Positions 1 through 10,197 of a stretch of DNA of 38,344 nucleotides are shown here, piece after piece. Origin of the DNA: Macrostomum lignano (lineage: Eukaryota); NCBI GenBank assembly GCA_002269645.1, contig NIVC01002049.1, positions 1 to 38,344 of the forward strand, given 5' to 3'. A model generated the notes under the pieces. It was given only the letters and a program-made list of their open reading frames with translations, was not told where the DNA came from and searched no databases. Both the position numbers and the translations under genes were made by a program. Within the stretch, counting starts at the first letter, position 1; each line of letters starts with the position of its first letter.

Positions 1-102
1 TACTATTATTATTGTACTATATGTGTACTTTAGTAATTCGTCTTTAAGAAATAATCACACAAGAAACTAAAATAGTTGAGTAGCCTTGGCTGCAGAACTC
101 AC

Positions 103-319
103 TTGTTCGAAGTGCCATGATTGGCCAAATTGGCTCTGCCAGACGACGGTCGTCAAGGACAAACATCCGGTTTCGACATCTCGAGCCACAATTGTAACTT
201 TGTCGAATAGTTCCACCTGAACGTCGACCGTTCAGACGTCGCTGATGTCGCATGAAGCCGTCGTCAAGAGAAAACTCATTGGAGTAGCAACTGCTTTCGA
301 GTTCCTGCTTCATATTCAT
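103..319 (-). CDS. Probable first coding exon of an unidentified minus-strand gene continuing off the left edge
   Basis: Acceptor-like CTTTCTTTATTGTCAG (AG at 326-325) 5 nt before ATG (319-317). Open frame MNMKQELESS...AEPIWPIMALRT. Consensus donor GTGAGT at 102-97; another GTGAGT at 669-664 may end a 5' UTR exon. Product not recognised. Confidence 0.4.
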
Positions 320-751
320 GACTGCTGACAATAAAGAAAGTACTTGGCCAAAGCTAAATATAGCATCATGATTGCAAGCTATAGTGCGCTCACTGTGAGC
401 TAATGAGCTAAATTTAGCCTAGTCAACTAGTAGATCAATAGCTATTGCAGCTGAGTTTCATCAGAATCCAGATTAGGGCCAAAAGTTATCACTTTAATAA
501 TGGTATGAAAAAGTTAAACAAAAATTATAGCAAAGCAAAATTGAAGTGCGCTGACATCAATTAAAAACACGAGGAATAAACTACACATTTCAAAGTACAA
601 TTTTAATCTAATCAAAATTTACAAGCAGAAGTTCCTTTCAAAATAAACATAGCTAAAGGTTGTACTCACGATCGTAAAAGACATTTACAGTTTGCATCTT
701 GTGCCCCAGTATCAGTTAAAATGATTAATGACTTTAATGCTAATTGTATTA

Positions 752-1023
<272 letters not shown>

Positions 1024-1450
1024 GCAATTGCGCATTGTAAGTATATAGTTAAGCTGATTTAACTGATAAACTATCGCAGATCATGCTTTGAATTTCCAAG
1101 CAATACATGTACATGCAATACTGAGAAAGGGGAACTTCTATATGCCTAGCGATACAAATGCAACGGTATAAATGCGACGCTATTACGATTGACATGTAAA
1201 TACCAGGGTAGCTTTTGCTCACTCGCTCTCTCTCTTTCCCTGTCTCTCTCTGTTAGTGTCGACTTAGCTGCAGGGCCAAGTAATTCCAAGAAATTTATAT
1301 TCGTACATCTCTGACTTTATCTCGCGGTATAGAGACTTGCAGCCAAGGTCTAAGTTAAGAAAACTAACCAAGCTTACACGCATATTTTTGCTTAGCTGTT
1401 GACTAAACAATCAGACTAGCTAGGGTTGTTGCGCACTGCAAGACCAGAAG

Positions 1451-2313
1451 ATGGCAGCTGCATCCGCATCCAAAGCACCTAATGAACGGCTCTACTACAA
1501 ACTTTACGAAGCCTGTGGAAAAGGTGATTATAGTAGAGTTCGAGGCTACCTTAGCGAGGGCTTGTCACCCGGCTGGATCAACAAAAATGATCGCAACAGG
1601 AGCCTACTGATGGCTGCCGCGGCTTCAACCAATGGCGAAAATGTAAACATCTGCCGGCTGCTGACTGAACTGAAGTCTCCGCTGGACCATCGCGACAGCT
1701 CGGGGCTCGGCGCGTTGCACATCTGCGCCAGGCAGAATTTATTTAGCGTCGCTAAACTACTGTTGAACGCTGGCGCCAATGTGAACTTGTTGGCTAAGAA
1801 TGACGTCACCGCATTGATGATCTGCGTCGATTTTGGTCACATCGAACTAGCAAAACTGCTGCTGGACCAGAGGAACATCCAGTTGAACCAGCAGAGTAGC
1901 CAGCAAGGATTCACCGCTCTGATGAAGTCGGTGTTTGAGAACAGCGTCCAGCTGGCTTGCCTGCTCATCGATCGTGGCGCCAGGCTTGACCTGGCCTCAA
2001 AGAGCGGCTTCACCGCGTTGCACCTTTGCGCCCAGCTGGACAGACGCGAGATTGCTAAGCGCATTCTGGCTAAAGCGCCACATGAACTGGTCAATCGGAC
2101 AGCCAGGCCAGAGTTCAAGAGTAGCACAGCGTTTGCTTTAGCTGCTCTGAATGGTCACGTTGAGATGCTGCGACTGCTGCACGCGAGCGGCGCTGATCCA
2201 AATCTGGTAAATAGCGAGGGTTGCACAGCTTTGGACCAAGTGAAAATGGCAGGCGTGCCGGCTTCGCCTGAACTGCTCAGCCTGTTGAAGAGCTGGAGAG
2301 TTGTTGGCGGGAG
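1451..2313 (+). CDS. Exon 1: ankyrin-repeat block (~8 repeats)
   Basis: Ankyrin motifs GLGALHICARQN, DVTALMICVDFGH, GFTALHLCAQLD, STAFALAALNGHVEMLRLL. Ends at a consensus GTGAGT donor. Confidence 0.9.
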
Positions 2314-5300
2314 GTGAGTCAATCATCAAGGAGCCTCCTGATGAAAAGAATACGGAAGGGGCAAAAGGCCCTGGTGGAGTTCACTAGGAAGTGTAAAAAC
2401 TTAAATCTAAAAACAAGCAGCACGACCTCATTTACACCTTTTACCGCCACAAATAGGCAAAAGCGATCCAAGCAACTCAGCCTCATCAAAGCGATCCGAA
2501 GCGACAGGCTCGACCGAGTTCGAAACATCCTGCTGAACGATGGCGAAGGCGTCAATCAGGCGATCGCGATGGACCGGACAACGGGTCAGACACCGCTGAT
2601 GCTTGCAGCTGGATTGGATAAACCGGAAGCGCTAAAACTGCTTCTAGAAGCAATCAGAAGAGATCGCAGCAGTAACGCCAGTTTGCACGTCAATCTTCGG
2701 TCGACGAATTCCAGCCAGACGACCGCCCTGCACGCGGCAGTCCAAGCCGGGAGCGAGGCCTGCGTCAGCCAGCTGCTGCACGCCGGCGCCAAGCTGTCCA
2801 TAAGAGACGCCTGGGGTTCGACGCCGCTTCATTTCTGCGCAGATTTCGACTCGGCAAGGCCGTTGGTCAAGTTGCTTGTCAGCCGGGCAGGCTTCAACAA
2901 GTTGATGAACAGCGGCGGCGGCGGCCGCAACGGCAGTCCGCTCTGCCCGGTCAAGCTCGCAGCTGTCCGCGGTCATCTCGACGTCCTGAGGCCAATGCTA
3001 AGACGGCTTCTGCAGTTGGACGCTCAATGGGCCGGCAACGAATGGCTGCCGCAGATCTGCGACGAGGCCAAACGGGCACGTCAGTTAGACGCGGTTAACG
3101 TCGTGTTGGAGCTCATGTGAGACTGTATACAGGCTAGCGCGGTGGAGTTGTTAGTTGCAATGGTTCAGCTCTGACTCTGGCTAGTTTTAACCATAGACTC
3201 TAGCTTTAACCATAGAACATAGTTTTACCATAGACCCAAGTTTTAATCATAGACCCTAGTTTTAACCATAGACCCTAGTTTTAATCATAGACCATAGTTT
3301 TACCATAGAACCTAGTTTTAATCATAGACCATAGTTTTACCATAGACCCTAGTTTTAATCATAGACCCTAGTTTTAACCATAGACCCTAGTTTTAATCAT
3401 AGACCATAGTTTTACCATAGAACCTAGTTTTAATCATAGACCCTAGTTTTAACCATAGACCCTAGTTTTAATCATAGACCATAGTTTTACCATAGAACCC
3501 AGTTTTAACCCTACCTTATTGCTTAGTCATATAGACCGTAGTTTTAATCATAGAACCTTGTGAAGCTTGTGTTTCGTTTTGTTTTGAGCTTGTGAAAGCA
3601 ATTTCACAAGCTGCTAAAATGGTTTCGAGGTTGTGAAATTTCGAGCTTGTGAAATTTCGAGCTTATGAAAGTAACTGGTTTCGAGGTTGTGAAATTTCGA
3701 GCTTTTGAAGTCGGCTGCTAAAATTTTCGAGGTTGTCAAATTTCGAGCTTGTGAAGCGACCCCGTTTAAAAAATAGAACTTAAATATTTTGAACCACCAA
3801 CTAGAGCCTGCTGAAATGAAAAGACTTTATATACTACTGTACAAAGACCTTGACCAAGATGCTGAAATACCCATCTTATCCCAAAAAACCACCATTTACT
3901 CGAATCTATTTCAAACAGGTCAAAATCGACGCAAAACACCGACGAGCTGACCATATCGAAGGTTTTCAAAGCTGCAATGGACGGCAATACGAGAAAGGTG
4001 CGCTACTTGCTCGAGTCCAGCGGCGGCGCCCTACAGCGACGCATCAACGAGCGGATTAGGCAGGACCCGGGCTGGACCGTCCTGATGGCGGCCACCTGGA
4101 ACGATGACGAGGCCACCTGCAGGCTGCTGCTGGATCGAGGCGCGGATCCCAACGTCGCGCAGCAGGATCTGGGCGTCACGGCGTTGCACATCGCGGTGCA
4201 GCAGGACAGCCGCCGAGTCGCTAAGATCCTACTGGACCAGACATCCATTGACATCAACGCCAAGAGCTCCGACAGCCGGACTCCGTTGATTCGAGCCGCC
4301 TGGTTGAATCGTCGGGCTATCGCCATACTTCTGCTGGATAGAAGGGCCAGCGTCAACAACCAGGAGGCAGATGGATTTAGCGCTTTGCACTTTTGCGCCC
4401 AGGAGAATCTTCAAGAGCTTGCCGAACTGTTGATTAAACGCAACGCCAATTTAGAGCTGGAGACAAGCTCTAGAAAAAACCGCAACACTGCGTTTACCCT
4501 AGCGGCCGTCAAGGGCCATGCGGACATGCTGAAACTGCTGGCTAACTACGGGGCCAGTATCTACCACAGAAGCTCCCAAGGCGACGCAATGGAACTTGCT
4601 ATGCGGGCAAATCGGACAGCCGCAACTGAGGTGCTGCTGCAGCTCGATAGCCAGAAGCGTCGTACCTGGGCAGCCCATGCAGCTCCAACAAGGTTTGGAC
4701 TTTAAAATGTGTCTTCAAAATTAATAAGTTGAAAAATTATTGTGACCGTGCCATTGAGTGTAGTACAACACTAGTAAACTTGAGCCTTCTAAGGATGGAA
4801 GACTGCTAAGCAGAGTTGTGTTTGTGCAGAAGTTTTGATAGTTGACATGTGGAAATCTTTAATTAATGCATGGTGTTTTCTATGCTGAACGAAGGTAATG
4901 GCCCTAGCTCGTATAGAAATGAGGCTTTTAAAGTCGTTTACTATTGCTTAATAAACTTCTACTACCTACTCCAGTAGACCAGCGCGCAGAGGACGCAGGC
5001 TTGATTTCGATTTCGGAGGTACTCATTCAGGCCGTTTTGAACTATTCGAACCGGACTATTCGAGCCAGAACTCAAGTGTGGTGCCACCGATACGCGGCTA
5101 TCAGTACACGATGCGCAGCAAGCCTCGCGGGATCTGCCTCATTATCAACAACGAGAAGTTTGTCGACGACTCTCAAACTCGCACTGGCTCGCAGCAGGAT
5201 GTTAATCGTCTGGAGAGCCTGTTCAGAGAGACGCTAAATTTTGAAGTACAGGTGCACAGAGACAATAACGCCAACGAACTTCTGGCTCTGGTTCGGAAAC

Positions 5301-5860
5301 TCGCCACCAGCGATCGTCACACAAAATTTGACTGCTTTGTGGCCTTTATCATGTCGCACGGCAAATACGATAAAGTGTTGGGCTCAGATGGCAACTATGT
5401 CGAGCTGGATGACGTCATAAGCCCGTTCTACGACTGCAGATCGCTCCAGAATAAGCCGAAGCTGTTCTTTATCCAGGGATGTCGAATAATCGAAGGCTCA
5501 AGGAGTTCCTCCGGCAGTCAAAGTTCTGTGCAGCTACTCCGTAGCTCCCAATACGGCAGGGTCAGTTCAAGCAAAATGGACTTTCTCATCGCGTACGCTG
5601 TCACCAAGGGTGATAAGGCAATCCGGATCACAGATAAAGGCAGCCCGTACATTCAAACCCTGTGCAATGTGATCAGAAGGAACTACGAAAGGAGCCATCT
5701 GTGCGCCATGCTAAATATGGTCAGACACGAGCTGGGCAGGCGTCCGTTTTTTGCCTACGGTCCGGAATTCGAACCAATATTTAACTTGCCCTCTGAGATT
5801 AACCAACTGAGAGGTGACGTCTGGTTTAAGGATTCTTTTCGATACCAGTCAATTGACTAG
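1451..5860 (+). CDS. Ankyrin-repeat caspase, spliced model join(1451..2313,2457..3116,3919..4692,4975..5860), predicted 1060 aa
   Basis: Donors AG|GTGAGT (2313/2314), AT|GTGAGA (3116/3117), AAG|GTTTGG (4692/4693). Acceptors ...CCACAAATAG| (2456), ...TTTCAAACAG| (3918), ...CCTACTCCAG| (4974). All introns are phase 2 and the joins keep frame (863+660+774+886=3183 nt). The ank3 and caspase frames are open upstream of their track starts back to these acceptors. Confidence 0.75.
2457..3116 (+). CDS. Exon 2: ankyrin-repeat block (~5-6 repeats)
   Basis: GQTPLMLAAG, TTALHAAVQAG, GSTPLHFCAD, VKLAAVRGHLDVL. The track ORF start at 2314 (GTG) is the intron donor; 2314-2456 is AT-richer with a pyrimidine tract before the AG. 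Confidence 0.85.
3184..3515. repeat. ~18-19 bp minisatellite (TTTTAAYCATAGACCCTAG)n in intron 2
   Basis: About 17 tandem copies read directly. Confidence 0.9.
3555..3756. repeat. Degenerate 16-bp repeat cluster (TTTCGAGCTTGTGAAA) in intron 2
   Basis: Several TTTCGAG(C/G)TTGTGAAA copies, some interrupted. Confidence 0.8.
3919..4692 (+). CDS. Exon 3: ankyrin-repeat block (~7 repeats)
   Basis: Frame is open from the 3918 acceptor (SKSTQNTDELTISKVFKAAMDGNTRKVRYLL), completing an ankyrin helix that the ATG at 3977 would cut. Motifs GVTALHIAVQ, RTPLIRAAW, GFSALHFCAQ, NTAFTLAAVKGHADMLKLL. Confidence 0.85.
4975..5860 (+). CDS. Exon 4: caspase (peptidase C14A) domain, caspase-8-like in sequence
   Basis: YTMRSKPRGICLIINN, RTGSQQD (S1 Arg), FIMSHG (catalytic His), KPKLFFIQGCR (catalytic Cys), small subunit DFLIAY...R...GSPYIQTLC. 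Frame open from 4955 with no upstream ATG, so a splice at 4974 is needed. Confidence 0.95.
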
Positions 5861-6861
5861 TCTAGCTATTGATTATAGGAGTGTGCAGCGTCTTTTTAAG
5901 AGCATTGTAGTTGTCCATGAGTTTAACTGCCACATTATATTGACATTTTAGCCTGAAAAAAACAAAAAAATGTAGCTTAGGCTTAACGCACAACTGCCCA
6001 CCAGAAACGTTTAAAATAAAAAATCTTGTCCAGTGGCCAGATTTTCAGGCTTGCAATATGGCGTTTTACGCAATTCGCTATGTAAATTCATTGTTAATCA
6101 GCAACTGGGACCCCACAAGTACTGTAAAGATATTTATAATTCAATTGTAAAATGGGTGCCAGCAACAGCTTGGGTTAGTGAGGGTGTGTGGCGACCACAT
6201 CAGTCCCTTGGACTGAAAACTTCCTAATTAAAATTAATTTGTTTCTCCCTAACAGAGGGTCTTTCATTGGGATATCCTTCGGGATTGCTAGCACATTTTG
6301 ATTAGCTAGCTATTTTTTATTTAATGTGAATTCCTTGTTTTTACTTTCAATCTTTTCAGATTTTTACAAATTTCACACTGTTTTCAAATTTTCTAGTTGT
6401 TACTAATTAGCTAGCATGATAATTTCGGTTTTCGATAACGTCCCCTTATATAGCCTCATTTTCGAGTTGTAACAAAATTTTGTCTAAAGTCGATGAATTA
6501 TGTCAATGCCTTAAAATATCTTAAAGTCGTTTAAATCGTTGATTGAAAAAATTCACTGATTGCTATAGATGCGTATTTCTGTTGTTAATTCCATCGAATG
6601 TGTTGTGGTCTATTTACTGTAAAAATTGTATTCGTCTTATATTTAGCTACGGCTATGCGAGCTATATTTATTATTGTAAAGTTAAAACTCAATGCTCAAT
6701 TATGCTCAATTATTGGCTAATATATCTGACTGGATCGATGGTCTCCCCCGTTTTTACTTACCGAGACAAATCCCTGTTTACTAACGGTCATGTTTATCTA
6801 CATGTAGCTAGCTATAATAAACAATTGGCACTTTGGCTGATTTTTTTACTTTTGTGCGGTT

Positions 6862-7212
6862 TTTTTATTAGATTGTGTGCACCCTGGCGCACTTTAAGCG
6901 ACATAGGCACACAACCGGCGAGAGGCATTACTGCCCATTCTGCCGACTCCCCTGAGCAGGCATACAAGCGCGCGGATACGTACGCAGGCACACACTCACA
7001 CAGGAGTGTACAGCGGCCCTAACTTTATATTATCGTTAGGCATGTACACTTCACTGCGCCTTGGGGGGTTGGCTCTCAAGGCCGTTAATTGCACGAGCAG
7101 AGCCAAGCCGAGATTCCAATTCAGCCCCAAAATAATGTGACTGCACTTGGAATCGAGCCTGGGTCGCTGGCACACCAGAGCAGCTGCGCTACCGCTGGAC
7201 TACGGCCCCCCT
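6862..7212 (-). mobile_element. tRNA-derived SINE (~350 bp)
   Basis: Minus-strand head GGGGCCGTAGTCCAGCGGTAG...CCCAGGCTCGATTCC has A-box and B-box-like motifs. 3' end is AATAAAAAAA. 12-bp TSD TTTTGTGCGGTT at 6850-6861 and 7213-7224. Confidence 0.85.
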
Positions 7213-7647
7213 TTTTGTGCGGTTAAAGTAAGGAGTTTTATCTATAATATAATATACTCGTAGCTATACACGTTCCATTAACATAAAGTGAAATAATTAG
7301 AATTCGGCTTCGTCCTGCCAATATTTTCACCATAAATATAAATAAAAGTATACAAGAAGCAAGAAATTAAGTGACAATCATCAGCTTTAAAGGATATTAT
7401 TTTGGAAGTGGGGCTTTTAATTTGCTTTCATCAGTCAAGTTTAATAACCAATCCCCGTTCACTTCTGCAGCACTCGACCATATGGGCAACATAGCCAATA
7501 AGTTGTATGCTTGATAGTTGAATAAAAATGATTAGCTATTAACAATTTTGATTAAAAATGAAGCTGGCATCTCCATTTGATCAACTTGATTGTCTTGTAT
7601 CAGCATCAGCAATAATACAAAAATGTACAGTAGCTAGTTGTCTGACT

Positions 7648-9225
7648 TCACCCGATGTTGAATACTAGAAGTCGCTTATTATTGCGATCAGCTACCATCA
7701 GCTGGTCGCGCGTGCCTCCTGTCAGCACCGCTAGACCGCATGGACAGCAGAATTTGCCGTCTCCGCTGCCGCTCTCGCCCGGCACTCCTAGGGTCTGCAG
7801 CAGTGAGCCGCTTTCAGCGTCCACCACTCGCACTGAGTGACTGCGGAATTCGCTGACGAACAGGCGGCCTCTGCTGTCGACGACCACATCGTACGGATAA
7901 GTAAACTGAGCCATGCCGCTAGCACCCTTAATCGGAAAGGATGTCACGAGCTGTCTGTTTTCAATGGACACTCGGTGCACCATGTTGTGATGCTTGTCAG
8001 CCACAAGAATGCAGTCATGCAGGCATGTCATGTTGTACAAGTCTGCGTCGGGGAATTCCCTCAGCGTAATGATGAACTGGAATTCGAATCGCAACTTGTC
8101 GAATGCAGCAATCTTGTTGCCGCTGGATACAAACACGAAGGCTGCGTTGCCGCCGATGCCCCAGACGTCTCCAAAGTTGTTCACGTCTGTCTTAATTTGA
8201 AAACGAATCCGACCGCTCAGGTCTGCTACAGTCACTACATCTGGCTGAGCGATGAACAACTGCTGACGGTCGCAGTGCAGACCCCAGACAAGCTTTCTCC
8301 AATTAATCGGACAATAGCATCGGAAACACCGCGAACTATGCATCGAAAAGACAAACAAATACTCTTTGTCAGACAGGACTGCAAACACACACTGTTGGGA
8401 CAGAGCTTCACTACCAAAATCAGCTGACTCGGCGGGTACAATGCGACCTGAACGGTTAGCAACGAATCCGCTGGTGTCGCTGCACACGTCCAGCCAGTGC
8501 ACCCAGCCGTCTGGCTCCACTATATGAGTAATTATAATCGAACCAGTCGATTTATTAATCTCATGCCTCTTTGAATCTGTGGTAGGATAATAGTTTTTTC
8601 TCAGTGGCACCACTGCGGATTCAGAGTCACTCGAAGTGTCCGTCGCAACGTCTATCAACTCGGCGCCAGCTAGCGCGTTGCCAACCAGTCGCTTGAGCTG
8701 CCGAAGGCGTCGCAACTGCAGCTCGGCGCCGTCGGCCTTCGAACGCAGTCGCTTCGCAACTTCAAAGTCCGACTTCAAATCTGGAAGCGACAGCTGCATG
8801 GATTCGGCCAGCTGAACCACCTCGGCAATGCTGTCCGCCTTCTCCGCTGCGGCCACCTCCTCGGTGTAGCTGCAGACATCCTCGAGGTTCCGCTGGCAAA
8901 CGTGAACAGCCTCAAGGCGCTTCCGATACTGCTCCGCCAATCGGGTACAGTACTCTTGCACGTCTCGCTGTACAGAGGCGAGCGTCAGCTGAACCTCCAG
9001 CAGGTGTTTTTCAAGTTCGTCAGATTCCACCGCCAAGTCATTAGCGACATCTTGCGAGTAGGCGTCGAGTTCATCAGCAACAGACTGTTGCAGCTTGTAG
9101 GCGTCCGCTAAATCAATTTTGAGGTGATGATCGCACAGTTGGCAGCGAGAGAACGGACCCAAGCCTAGAGCCGGTTCGCCGCAGATGACGCACAGCTCAG
9201 TGTCAGAAGAGGTTTCCGAATTCAT
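7648..9225 (-). CDS. TRIM-NHL-like protein (B-box-like Zn finger, coiled coil, NHL beta-propeller)
   Basis: First ATG at 9225-9223. N-terminal CVIC-x12-CQLCDHH, then a helical heptad region. C-terminal NHL repeats FTYPYDVVVDSRGRLFVSE and FCCPCGLAV...LMVADRNNKRL. No RING within this ORF; no intron evident. Confidence 0.8.
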   Translation of the reverse strand: MNSETSSDTELCVICGEPALGLGPFSRCQLCDHHLKIDLADAYKLQQSVADELDAYSQDVANDLAVESDELEKHLLEVQLTLASVQRDVQEYCTRLAEQYRKRLEAVHVCQRNLEDVCSYTEEVAAAEKADSIAEVVQLAESMQLSLPDLKSDFEVAKRLRSKADGAELQLRRLRQLKRLVGNALAGAELIDVATDTSSDSESAVVPLRKNYYPTTDSKRHEINKSTGSIIITHIVEPDGWVHWLDVCSDTSGFVANRSGRIVPAESADFGSEALSQQCVFAVLSDKEYLFVFSMHSSRCFRCYCPINWRKLVWGLHCDRQQLFIAQPDVVTVADLSGRIRFQIKTDVNNFGDVWGIGGNAAFVFVSSGNKIAAFDKLRFEFQFIITLREFPDADLYNMTCLHDCILVADKHHNMVHRVSIENRQLVTSFPIKGASGMAQFTYPYDVVVDSRGRLFVSEFRSHSVRVVDAESGSLLQTLGVPGESGSGDGKFCCPCGLAVLTGGTRDQLMVADRNNKRLLVFNIG

Positions 9226-10197
9226 GATTCGCTGCTTCTTCTGGTAGCTTTTCAAGTGGCAATTTGTGTCAGTTTATTTCATGATTGACTTTATACTAAC
9301 TGCAAGCATTGCACTGGCCTTGATGCTGTTCGTGCAGCCAAATGTGACTAAATTTTGCCACCCCGAGGTACAATTTTAGATGCTTTCGGTCGACCGCGCA
9401 TGGAGTATGTGTAAACTAAAGGATTAATATGCGCCGGATGAATTCAGCTTGAATTTGTTTGACATGTACGCTGCTTTGCGGTTAGACAAACTTGCAAAAG
9501 AGAACTACAGTGAAAAGAAGTATTAAACATTTAATATAGTATGCGATATGCTTACCCTTCTAGTTTTGAATAAAACTGACGCCATCACAACGCCATGTAG
9601 TGAAACCAATTTTGTGGCTTATACTCAGAACGGGGCTGAAGACATCTCAAAGAATGAAAGGACTACTATAATTGCAATTTATATCAAATTTAAATGGTTG
9701 TATAGGCAAGTAGACAAGTCAGGCACTAGATCATTAACAAAAATGTATTTATTAAATTCGATAAAAATATCTTCATACGCGATAAAAATAGATGAGCATC
9801 AATATGTGTAAAAAACAGATACTGAAAACGACGCACTGGGAATGCAATACAATGCACTTGCAAGATCAAGGCGAAAGTGTCAATAACACAAGCTGATGAA
9901 ATTCATACACGTATTCGTGTTTATCTTAGTGTTTTGAAAAAACGAACTAATTACGAGTATCAAAACTGGTGTTAAATTTAATAATTAAGGGTATATTGCG
10001 GTATCAGAGCTACACTGAGTCCAACGGAAGCAGCTCGACCCGACATCGCATATATACACGTAATGCGTATTTATGATAGCTATATAAATACGTCTCGTAT
10101 TTCATTATTAAAAAACAAATAAACTATGAGCTTGCAGCACTATCTAAAAATTCTCTATAAAAAATTGTCATACGCTCGTATAAAGTAATTACTTTTT

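Noticed and set aside
2314-2456. Basic N-terminal extension of ank2 starting at ATG 2341 (MKRIRKGQK...)
   Set aside because: Better explained as a 143-nt intron; its open frame is noted, but retention would stop the exon-1 frame at 2315-2317.
1451-5860. Bacterial-style operon of three ankyrin genes plus a caspase, with a GTGA stop/start overlap at 2314-2317, or a horizontally acquired cassette
   Set aside because: The GTGA is part of a consensus GTGAGT donor. All gaps are bounded by in-phase GT-AG sites, and the caspase is animal type.
6543-7022. 159-aa ORF
   Set aside because: TTG start, AT-rich low-complexity sequence, and it runs into the antisense SINE; no recognisable domain.
7148-7211. 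Functional tRNA gene
   Set aside because: No proper anticodon or acceptor stem; it continues into a SINE body with tail and TSD.
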